DNA of 11,947 nt from Fibrobacterota bacterium (GTDB lineage Bacteria; Fibrobacterota; Fibrobacteria; UBA11236), in the NCBI GenBank assembly GCA_043753995.1, contig JAYUVP010000333.1, positions 1-11,947 of the forward strand, written 5' to 3'. Under the pieces are notes generated by a model. That model had not been told where the DNA came from, ran no database searches, and saw only the letters and a program-made list of their open reading frames with translations. This document shows positions 1 to 7,534 of the stretch, piece by piece (the first letter of the stretch is position 1; each line of letters opens with the position of its first letter). The translations under genes were made by a program, and so were the position numbers.

Positions 1-783
1 GGGCTCACCTTTCATCGCGTCGAACCCAATTTCGTCATTCAAGGCGGAGATCCCGATGGACGCGGCACCGGTGGGCCGGGCTATAGCTTCGGTGATGAAT
101 TCCATCCCGATTTGAAGCATGACAAAGAGGGCATTTTCTCCATGGCCAATGCTGGCCCTGGAACCAATGGCAGCCAATTCTTCATCACCCATGCTCCCAC
201 GCCCCACCTCGACAATAGGCACAGTGTTTTTGGCCATGTCGTGAAGGGCATGGAAGTGGTTCGCGCCATCGCCGTCGGCGATAAAATGGACAGCGTGCGT
301 ATCACGCGTGTCGGTCCTGCTGCCACGGCTTTCTTGGCCACCGAAGAGGCCTTTCAGGCCTTGATCAAGAACGCCTCCAAGGCCAAGGAAGCCGAAGAAA
401 CCAAGGCCAAGGCGGAGTTCGACCTCTTGGCGAAAAAAGCCACCGTGAAACCCTCGGGTTTGAAATACATCGTCACCCAGCCGGGCACCGGCGCCAAGCC
501 GGTCAAAGGCAATAAGGTCGTGGTGCATTATGTCGGCAAGCTCACCAATGGCAAGAAATTCGACTCCTCGCTCGATCGCAATAAGCCCTTGGATTTTCCC
601 ATCGGCGTGGGCATGGTCATTCCCGGTTGGGATGAAGGCTTGCTCGATATGCAAAAGGGCGAGAAACGCACCTTGATTATTCCTGCGAATCTCGGTTATG
701 GCGAGCGTGGGGCCGGTCCCATTCCTCCGAATAGCACTCTGGTATTCGACGTGGAATTGCTCGACATCATCGCAGCACCATGA
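1..783 (+). CDS. Peptidyl-prolyl cis-trans isomerase, cyclophilin-FKBP fusion (5' end lies upstream of the window)
   Basis: Frame is open from base 1 ([28 protein letters not shown]...). Cyclophilin motifs [26 protein letters not shown] and [10 protein letters not shown] are followed by a Lys/Ala/Glu linker and FKBP motifs [30 protein letters not shown] and [14 protein letters not shown]. The TTG at 112 is internal, not the start. Confidence 0.96.
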   Translation, partial: GLTFHRVEPNFVIQGGDPDGRGTGGPGYSFGDEFHPDLKHDKEGIFSMANAGPGTNGSQFFITHAPTPHLDNRHSVFGHVVKGMEVVRAIAVGDKMDSVRITRVGPAATAFLATEEAFQALIKNASKAKEAEETKAKAEFDLLAKKATVKPSGLKYIVTQPGTGAKPVKGNKVVVHYVGKLTNGKKFDSSLDRNKPLDFPIGVGMVIPGWDEGLLDMQKGEKRTLIIPANLGYGERGAGPIPPNSTLVFDVELLDIIAAP

Positions 784-2093
784 AGAGACCCAAATCATCG
801 TCGGGGTTTTGGCGTATAAGCGCATCGGCCTTATTCTTGGCGGCGGCCCTAGTCACCGACCTTCGCGCCCAGGGCGATGAAGACGCCACCGGACAGCAAG
901 ACGAAAATCGGGCCTTGGAGACCGAAGCCTCTTCCTTGCAGGCTGTGACTAAGCCCATCGGGCCTAAGCCTATGGCGGATACGCGCGGCCAAGATCGTCA
1001 GCGCATTGCTTATTTGGCCTTGCAATTTCCGATGTCCACCGCCCTTTATGGGGGTGCCTTACCCTGGGCCCTAGGCACCACCAGTCTCAAGACGCAAATC
1101 GCGACGCCGCTTTTGGTGGCGCCTTTTGCTTTCGGCGCTCACCTTTGGTTTTCGCGGACACGGCCTTTCACCCAAGCCCATAATGCGGGTACGAGCTATT
1201 TGTCCATGGCTGGTTTATATGCTGGTTTTGCTTTGCCCGCCAGCTTGATTGACGATGCCGACACTCGCTGGCGCACCGCCGCTTGGACCAGCATGGCGCT
1301 TTATCCTTTGAGCGTCTACGGCGGCTATGTGCTGGGCGATGTCTATGCTTCGGAGCCAGAGCGCATTGCGGCGCAGGCGCGTTTCGCCTTGGGTTTTGGC
1401 CTACTGGGTTTTTTCACGCCCTTGCTTTACTTCGATGATTTCGGCGCGCACCAGGAAGCCATGTGGCGCATTGGTTTGGTGCAAAGCGTCGGCTTGGCGG
1501 GCATGGGCCATTTCATTTCGCGCTACGATCAGGTTGGCCCCTATGTCCCGGGTGGCGTGAACCTCGGCTTGCTGAGCCATACCTTGCTCGGCATGGCTTC
1601 GGGGCTGACGGTCAGTGCCATTGCGGATGCCTCCTCGCCACGACCTTGGATAGGCGGAGCGGTGCTGGGCGGGACTCTCGCATTTATGGAAGGCCTATGG
1701 TTTTTTCATGAAAGCCAGGACTCGCGCGAGCGCGGCCTTTTCAGCATGCTCGGCGGTGGCGCGGGAGCCTTGGCCGGCTTTGGCATGACCTTGCTCACCT
1801 GGGATTCGGATGCCTCGGCTTATAGCCAGCGCGTCACCACGGCCAGCCTATTGGCCGGAGGCACGCTCTTAGGCTATGTGGCCACCTATGCGCTGACAAA
1901 AGGCATGGTCGAACCTCGCCGCCAAAGCCACCGAGAAAGCGAAATAGACGCCGAGAGAAGGCGCTATGGCGGCGTGAGCAAGCCCCAGGGTTGGACTTGG
2001 ACCTGGATGCCTGTGCCAGTGATTACACCTGAAAAAGACGGCGAAAAAACGGTTTGGCATTATGCCATTCCGGGTTTAATTGCGAAGTTTTAA
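780..2093 (+). CDS. Hypothetical exported or membrane protein with Gly-rich hydrophobic helical repeats (437 aa)
   Basis: ATGA overlap with the PPIase stop. Sec-type signal peptide ([30 protein letters not shown]), about 10-12 hydrophobic GxxxG-rich segments, and a C-terminus ending ...[12 protein letters not shown]. Confidence 0.85.
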   Translation: MKRPKSSSGFWRISASALFLAAALVTDLRAQGDEDATGQQDENRALETEASSLQAVTKPIGPKPMADTRGQDRQRIAYLALQFPMSTALYGGALPWALGTTSLKTQIATPLLVAPFAFGAHLWFSRTRPFTQAHNAGTSYLSMAGLYAGFALPASLIDDADTRWRTAAWTSMALYPLSVYGGYVLGDVYASEPERIAAQARFALGFGLLGFFTPLLYFDDFGAHQEAMWRIGLVQSVGLAGMGHFISRYDQVGPYVPGGVNLGLLSHTLLGMASGLTVSAIADASSPRPWIGGAVLGGTLAFMEGLWFFHESQDSRERGLFSMLGGGAGALAGFGMTLLTWDSDASAYSQRVTTASLLAGGTLLGYVATYALTKGMVEPRRQSHRESEIDAERRRYGGVSKPQGWTWTWMPVPVITPEKDGEKTVWHYAIPGLIAKF

Positions 2094-2211
2094 AATACCG
2101 GCCATGAGATTGCCTTCAGGAAAGCGAATGAGGGTTTATTTTTCCTTGACCTAGTTTCCAAGTTGGCCAGTCGATTCGATCTTCTGGGAGTATTCTTGGC
2201 AAGTGGGGTAA

Positions 2212-3546
2212 ATGCGAGGAGAAGCCTTGGCCGTTGCCCAACAGGTGATTGAGATTACGCCGGCCATTCCCGATGCGATTCGGCTTTTTCTCGACCCTGC
2301 CATTCCCCAGCAGGAATTCGTCAAGCAGCTTTTCGGGGCCTTGGCCCGGGAAAAGTCGGGACAATTTCATGCGCTGAATCGCTATCTCGAAAGCTTTGTG
2401 GGCGAAGCCAATCGCCTCTCCGAAGAAATTGCCAATTATCAATTGGCTCTAGAACATGCTTCGCAGCCTGAGCCTGGTTTCATGGACCAATACGAGGTGC
2501 TTCGGGGTCGGGCCGAGCAAGCCTTGGTGGATTTGCATCGCGCTAAAATGCGCCTCAATGAAATCAAAATTGCGATTTGCCGATTCATTGTGCTTTTCGA
2601 AGCGCCCAGCCGCGACGCCATTCGCTCCAGCCGTACTCTGGAAGAGTGGATGGACGCGGCCACCTTGGCCGAAATGCGCCTCACGCGCTTGGTGAATCAG
2701 GAGAATAACCGCAATTTGCAACAGCAATTAGCGCTTTTCCTCACCTTCCGGTCTATTCTCTGCTCTTATGACGGCCCCTCCATGTATATACGGCAAATGG
2801 AAGGGGCGCTAGCTTCGATGCAGGCCTTGCAGGAAAAGGCCTTGCTCGAACTTGAGTTTGTGGCGGCCACGCGTAGTCTCGACGAGACGCGCAAGGAATT
2901 GTCCACCGTCAAAATGAATCTCAGCCAAATGCAAAGCCAGTTGCGCAATCAACTTCAGCAGGCCGAGCAAATGGGCAAGCTCATGTCCTTGCAAGAAGCC
3001 AAGCCCAATACCTTATGGACCGTGATCATTGGCATGGGCGCCTTTTTGGTCCTGGTCGTGGTCACGGCTCTTTTGCGCGTGGATTATCGCACGCAATCGC
3101 GCGCGGTGGGCGCCATCATCACCCAGAAAAGCTGCCAAGACATCGATAAGCAAATCGCCAAATCACCGCGCTATGCCAGCCAAATTCTCATCTTCCGAAA
3201 ATTCGGTAGCGACATCTATTTCCGCGCCAATGCCATGACTTGCGAAAAATTGCATCGCCTCGATTCGGTGCAGGTTTCTTCCTTGGGAGAATTACTGAAA
3301 GCCGATTTTGAGGCGGGCCATCAGGATGCGGCCAGCTTTAATGCTCATCGCGTCTTGCAGGTGAAAGACGTGGGCGTCACCAAGCTCGTCGTGCGCCTGA
3401 TGAATAAAACCTCCATGGATTTGTCTTTCAAAGTCCGTGTGCTGGAAGTGGCGACCATGCTGCGTGGCGTTTTGCAGGCGGCCAAGGACGGCATAGAAGA
3501 AGACGTCTTGCTGATTGATTTGCCCCAGCCGGTACCGGCTACTTAG
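2212..3546 (+). CDS. Hypothetical coiled-coil protein with one transmembrane helix (444 aa)
   Basis: Long ORF with a helical E/Q/L-rich N-terminal ~265 aa, one TM segment LWTVIIGMGAFLVLVVVTALL (3013-3075) and a ~155 aa C-terminal domain. No family recognised; start codon uncertain. Confidence 0.8.
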   Translation: MRGEALAVAQQVIEITPAIPDAIRLFLDPAIPQQEFVKQLFGALAREKSGQFHALNRYLESFVGEANRLSEEIANYQLALEHASQPEPGFMDQYEVLRGRAEQALVDLHRAKMRLNEIKIAICRFIVLFEAPSRDAIRSSRTLEEWMDAATLAEMRLTRLVNQENNRNLQQQLALFLTFRSILCSYDGPSMYIRQMEGALASMQALQEKALLELEFVAATRSLDETRKELSTVKMNLSQMQSQLRNQLQQAEQMGKLMSLQEAKPNTLWTVIIGMGAFLVLVVVTALLRVDYRTQSRAVGAIITQKSCQDIDKQIAKSPRYASQILIFRKFGSDIYFRANAMTCEKLHRLDSVQVSSLGELLKADFEAGHQDAASFNAHRVLQVKDVGVTKLVVRLMNKTSMDLSFKVRVLEVATMLRGVLQAAKDGIEEDVLLIDLPQPVPAT

Positions 3547-3946
3547 TTGGATTCAGCCGACGCTGCGGCTGGGCGAGTAAAAGCTCCAGGGTATTGCGCA
3601 AGCTGTCGATTTCAAAAGGCTTGGGTACGACGGCGTCATAGGCCGGATCGGCTACCAACGCCACGCGACTGAGATCGCCCGAAGTCAAGATGGCCCGCAT
3701 ATTCGCGTCGAGCCTCCTCAAAATGTGCAAAGTGTCGCGGCCCGAGAGCCCATTGGGCAAATTCGCATCGGCGATGACGGCGGCGAAGCATTCGCCTTTT
3801 TCCAAAGTCGACCGCAATATGGCTATGGCTTCGGCTCCATCCCTGGCGCCAACAGCTTGATAGCCATGATGCATGAGCAGTCGCAGGACGACCTTGAGAA
3901 CTGAGTCTTCGTCTTCAACTATGAGAATGCGCGGGGCGGTGATCAT
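3539..3946 (-). CDS. Single-domain response regulator (CheY-like receiver)
   Basis: ILIVEDED acidic pocket, phosphoacceptor Asp in VIADANLP, Thr/Ser in ILTSG and Lys in KPF; no output domain. ATG at 3946 (MITAPRILIVEDE) is preferred over the ORF-track start at 3994. Overlaps the 3' end of the convergent gene by 8 bp. Confidence 0.9.
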   Translation of the reverse strand: MITAPRILIVEDEDSVLKVVLRLLMHHGYQAVGARDGAEAIAILRSTLEKGECFAAVIADANLPNGLSGRDTLHILRRLDANMRAILTSGDLSRVALVADPAYDAVVPKPFEIDSLRNTLELLLAQPQRRLNPTK

Positions 3947-3959
3947 TGGTTTCGCTTTC

Positions 3960-4009
3960 AACACATCAGACCACCGGTCACCTCCAGGTGACAAGGTCAG
4001 ATCGGTGTT
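3960..4009. repeat. Long imperfect inverted repeat with perfect core GTCACCT-cc-AGGTGAC in the divergent intergenic region
   Basis: Arms read directly: aacac/gtgtt, atc/gat, gacc/ggtc and gtcacct (3977-3983)/aggtgac (3986-3992). Confidence 0.55.
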
Positions 4010-4094
4010 AGATGCGCTCGTTTTAGCATGGTGTTATCGGGATTTGCGGAATTAGAACCCCAACGCTAAGGTCTAGGCCAAAGTGGCCGGTTAT

Positions 4095-4100
4095 TATCTT
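4095..4100 (+). promoter_or_regulatory. Putative -10 element (TATCTT) of a near-leaderless folE2 promoter
   Basis: TAnnnT hexamer 8 nt upstream of ATG 4109 with no SD in between. The same hexamer precedes the riboswitch. No good -35 element. Confidence 0.4.
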
Positions 4101-4108
4101 CCTAAACA

Positions 4109-4999
4109 ATGATAAAGACGTCCTCGAAAAAAAGCCCGGCACGCAGCAAGCCAAAGCAGGTTGCCGCGGTTCCGCCCAATATACCCAAGGCACCTTTGAT
4201 TTCTATTGCCGACGTGCAAGGCTTCGCCGACACTCGCCGAATCGACATTGATCGCGTGGGCATCAAAGGCATACGCCATCCCGTGCGCGTCAAGGATCGC
4301 ACCGGCGGCGAACAGCATACCATCGCCAATTTCAATATGTACGTGTATTTGCCGCATAATTTCAAAGGCACGCACATGTCCCGCTTCGTGGAAATCCTGA
4401 ATCGCCGCGAAAAAGAAATCACGGTGGAAACCTTTCGCAGCATGCTGCCGGAAATGGCCGAAAGGCTGAATTCGAAATGCGGGCGCATCGAGATGGCCTT
4501 TCCTTATTTCGTGAATAAAAAGGCCCCGATTTCAGGCGTGGAAAGCCTGATGGACTATGATGTCACCTTTATCGGCGAAGTCGAAAACGGAGCTGTCGGC
4601 ATGACGGTGAAGGTGGTGGTGCCCGTCACCTCGCTTTGCCCATGTTCCAAGGAAATAAGCCGTTACGGAGCTCACAATCAACGCTCTCATGTGACGGTGA
4701 CCGCGCGCGTCGACGATGGCCCCCATTTTGTTTGGATTGAGGACATCATAGACCTGGTCGAGTCAGTGGCGAGCTGCGACCTCTATGGTCTCCTCAAGCG
4801 TCCCGACGAAAAGTACGTGACGGAAAAGGCTTATGACAATCCCAAATTCGTTGAGGACATGGTGCGCGACACGGCCCATTTGCTCAATCAAGACAAGCGT
4901 ATTGTCCATTATATCGTCGAGTCGGAGAATTTCGAGTCCATTCACAATCACAGCGCCTATGCCCTGATCGAAAAAGACAAAAGAAAAAAGCGCGCCTGA
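4109..4999 (+). CDS. folE2: GTP cyclohydrolase IB (FolE2)
   Basis: Family motifs [69 protein letters not shown] and [13 protein letters not shown]. Confidence 0.97.
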   Translation: MIKTSSKKSPARSKPKQVAAVPPNIPKAPLISIADVQGFADTRRIDIDRVGIKGIRHPVRVKDRTGGEQHTIANFNMYVYLPHNFKGTHMSRFVEILNRREKEITVETFRSMLPEMAERLNSKCGRIEMAFPYFVNKKAPISGVESLMDYDVTFIGEVENGAVGMTVKVVVPVTSLCPCSKEISRYGAHNQRSHVTVTARVDDGPHFVWIEDIIDLVESVASCDLYGLLKRPDEKYVTEKAYDNPKFVEDMVRDTAHLLNQDKRIVHYIVESENFESIHNHSAYALIEKDKRKKRA

Positions 5000-5010
5000 C
5001 AAAATCGCTC

Positions 5011-5039
5011 ATGACTGGTCGTCTGAGCTTTAATATCTT
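5011..5039 (+). promoter_or_regulatory. Putative sigma70-type promoter for the riboswitch-btuB transcript
   Basis: ATGACT (5011-5016), 17-nt spacer, TATCTT (5034-5039). The implied start site (~5046) lies just before riboswitch P1 at 5051. Confidence 0.5.
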
Positions 5040-5050
5040 CCCTTCCGCTT

Positions 5051-5284
5051 GCAGGAAGCCGGGCATGATTCTTCGGAAACATGCCGGCATAACGAGGAAT
5101 CCCGTGTGAATCGGGAGCGAGCCCGTCGCTGTAAGCGGTGTTTGACTTTCTGATCCGTGCCTACCGCCCTTTACTGGGGCGGAAAAGCGGATCCGCCACT
5201 GTCCTGGTTCAGGATGGGAAGGTGAAAGTTCAGGAATAGGATTCATGCATCCTTTCCACGCCGCAAGCCAGAAGACTCTCCTGC
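5051..5284 (+). promoter_or_regulatory. Cobalamin riboswitch (long, AdoCbl/class I-like)
   Basis: P1 gcagga (5051-5056)/tcctgc (5279-5284); P2 hairpin 5058-5088 with a cUUCGg loop; GAGGAA; T-loop hairpin tcccg-tgtgaat-cggga; gcga-gcccg-tcgc followed by tgtaa; GCCACTG (5195-5201); GGGAAGG (5216-5222); B12 box AAGCCAGAAGAC (5265-5276). Lies directly upstream of a TonB-dependent receptor. Confidence 0.93.
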
Positions 5285-5338
5285 ATCCGTTTTGACTCGG
5301 CTCTCCTGCGTGGTTCAGGCTGCCGGCGATTTTGAGCC

Positions 5339-7501
5339 TTGCTTTGCTTGCGCTCTCGCTTCGCCGCTTCCCCCTTTTGCAATGAGCCAATCGACCCTCC
5401 GGCGCGAGGGAGAGGATGGCTTGTGTTGGTTTTTGTTTTGGCTTTCGGCCTTGCTTTGGGTGTTTCCGCCTGGGCCGAGCCTTCATTGTCTGCCGCCCAA
5501 GGTAGAGCCGCAGGTGCCTCCAAGGATTTGCCCGCGCAATCAGCCGTGCTCGATCCTTTTGCCCAGCGCATGCAGGCGGGCCAAGCCGAAATCATTTTGC
5601 GCCCCGAAACCTGGGAAGGCCGCTCCCTGAGCCTGGCGGATGTGCTGGCCGAACAGGCGGGCATCGAAACGCGTCGCTATGGGGGCTTGGGAAGTTTTCA
5701 GACGGTTTCCATTCGCGGCTCCACGGGCGCACGCGTGTTGGTTTATCTCGACGATGTGCCATTGAATTCGGCTGGCGGTGCGCCGGTGGATTTGGGCAAA
5801 ATCGATTTGGACTTGCTCGATCGCGTCGAGATTCGCAAGGGCATAGCCCCCGCAGAAGACGGTGGGAATGCCATGGGCGGGGTGATAAGGCTATATACCC
5901 GAGGTCACAGCCCGGTGACCCTGCGGACCAGGCTTTCGACGGCGATGGGCAGCCATGGCCTGCAAAAGCATGCTTTGTCGGTGGGCAGCCCGGCCTCGGG
6001 GCCAGCTTTGGGAGCCACCGTTTTCGCCAATTTCGCCTTCACGCGATCCGACAATGACTTTCGTTATCTCGATCGCAATCAAACGCCCTACAATCTGGAA
6101 GATGACCATTGGGTGAAGCGGGAAAATAGCGCCTATCGCGACGTGGAGGCCCATGCCCAGGCGCAGTGGCTTTGGGGCGGGGGAGAGGTCCGAGTCAAAA
6201 TGGCCCATAGTCGTGATGCTGGCGGCCTGCCCGGACGCGAAGGCGAAGTGACGCGCACGGCGGGATTTTCGGACCGAACGACGCAATACCTCGCCAGCTA
6301 TGCCCGCGGCGATGAGCAAAAAGACGGTGTTTTGAATTGGAAGGTGGAGGCCTTCGCCGAAGAAGAAAATCCCGTTTTGCATTGGACTCGGGCCGATGGC
6401 ATGGGGTGGAGTATTGCCGGTGATACGGTGAGGCTTTCCAGCCTAAGTCTTCGCCAAGGTGCTACGGGAAATATTTCCAGGAATAGAATTTTTGATCAGC
6501 CTTTGCAGGTGAAAGCTCGGGCCGCAGTGACTCGGGAAGAATTGAAGCCATGGGGTGCTTACCCTGAAACCGCAGTGGCGGGTCCTTCGCAAAGCAACTC
6601 CTCCGATGTGGCATGGCGCGATCATCGCTTGTCGTCATCGCTGGCCGTCGATGCCATCTTGTCGCCAGGGTCGACCCCGCAGCGGAATTTTGATATCACC
6701 CTCGGAGCCCAGACCGAAAATGTCCGCGATCGCAATGAGGGCGCGTTCTTGCCTTTCGGTGGCGAAGTGCCGGTGGGGGATTTCAATGATTGGCAAAGCT
6801 CGGCCCGTTTGGGTCTGGCATCGCGTTTCGCGAATCGCCTTTCGCTTTATATCAATGCAGGGCGCTTTTATCATATGCCCAGTCTTGTTGATCGCTTCGG
6901 TGGCCGCTTCGGCATGCTTCCCAATTCGGCCCTCAAACCCGAGCATGGGTTCAATGCCGAAGCCGGCGCGCGGTGGCGCTGGCGACGCGGATTTCTGGAA
7001 CTCGGAATATTTCGCCATAACGCGGAAAACGCCATTCTCTATCAGCAAGTGGCCAATCTCATCAAGCCTTATAATCTCGACGCTTCCCTGGCGCAAGGCT
7101 TGGAAGCCACCTGGCAGCAAGACTTGCCATGGGGCCTAAGCCTTTCGACTACCGCCACGGCGCAAGACACCCGTAACACTTCGGAGACGTTTAATCAAGG
7201 CAAGCGATTGCCCAATCAACCCGCTTGGAGCCATCACTGGCGGCTTTCGTCCGCCTTGCCCGGGGGCTTTCGTGCGGAGCATCTCTGGGACTGTCGCAGC
7301 GAGGTGTATCGCGATCCAGGCAATCTCCAGGGCATTCCTGCACAGAATCTGCATCACTTGCTTTTGCACTGGACTTGGAATCGTCGTTTTGCCGCGCATT
7401 TTAGCATGCAAAACGTGACCGATGTTTTTTACGAGGATGCCTATGCCTCCTATCCCTATCCCGGCCGGCAATATCAAATGACCTTGACTGCTGGATTTTA
7501 A
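5339..7501 (+). CDS. btuB: TonB-dependent receptor, putative cobalamin transporter (BtuB-like); start uncertain (TTG 5339 or GTG 5423)
   Basis: Signal peptide ending VSAWA; plug motifs LADVLAEQAGI, SIRGS, VLVYLDDVPLN, RVEIRKG and AMGGVIRLYTR; barrel motifs PNSALKPE and C-terminal YPGRQYQMTLTAGF. Substrate is inferred from the upstream riboswitch. Confidence 0.9.
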   Translation: MLCLRSRFAASPFCNEPIDPPARGRGWLVLVFVLAFGLALGVSAWAEPSLSAAQGRAAGASKDLPAQSAVLDPFAQRMQAGQAEIILRPETWEGRSLSLADVLAEQAGIETRRYGGLGSFQTVSIRGSTGARVLVYLDDVPLNSAGGAPVDLGKIDLDLLDRVEIRKGIAPAEDGGNAMGGVIRLYTRGHSPVTLRTRLSTAMGSHGLQKHALSVGSPASGPALGATVFANFAFTRSDNDFRYLDRNQTPYNLEDDHWVKRENSAYRDVEAHAQAQWLWGGGEVRVKMAHSRDAGGLPGREGEVTRTAGFSDRTTQYLASYARGDEQKDGVLNWKVEAFAEEENPVLHWTRADGMGWSIAGDTVRLSSLSLRQGATGNISRNRIFDQPLQVKARAAVTREELKPWGAYPETAVAGPSQSNSSDVAWRDHRLSSSLAVDAILSPGSTPQRNFDITLGAQTENVRDRNEGAFLPFGGEVPVGDFNDWQSSARLGLASRFANRLSLYINAGRFYHMPSLVDRFGGRFGMLPNSALKPEHGFNAEAGARWRWRRGFLELGIFRHNAENAILYQQVANLIKPYNLDASLAQGLEATWQQDLPWGLSLSTTATAQDTRNTSETFNQGKRLPNQPAWSHHWRLSSALPGGFRAEHLWDCRSEVYRDPGNLQGIPAQNLHHLLLHWTWNRRFAAHFSMQNVTDVFYEDAYASYPYPGRQYQMTLTAGF

Positions 7502-7534
7502 ATGCAATTCAATCACACCGTACAAAGGACAATT

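Noticed and set aside
3947..3994. N-terminal extension of the receiver from the ORF-track start at 3994
   Set aside because: It overlaps the inverted repeat and adds no domain; ATG 3946 gives a normal receiver length.
4884..5664. Overlapping ORFs 4884-5486(-), 5230-5664(-) and 5292-5630(+)
   Set aside because: They cross the riboswitch and receptor 5' end and have no protein-like motifs; likely shadow ORFs.
7499..7534. Receptor stop TAA immediately followed by an in-frame ATG (7502), suggesting a split gene or read-through fusion
   Set aside because: The receptor ends in a canonical terminal Phe, and the next gene has its own SD, ATG 7535 and lipoprotein signal peptide.
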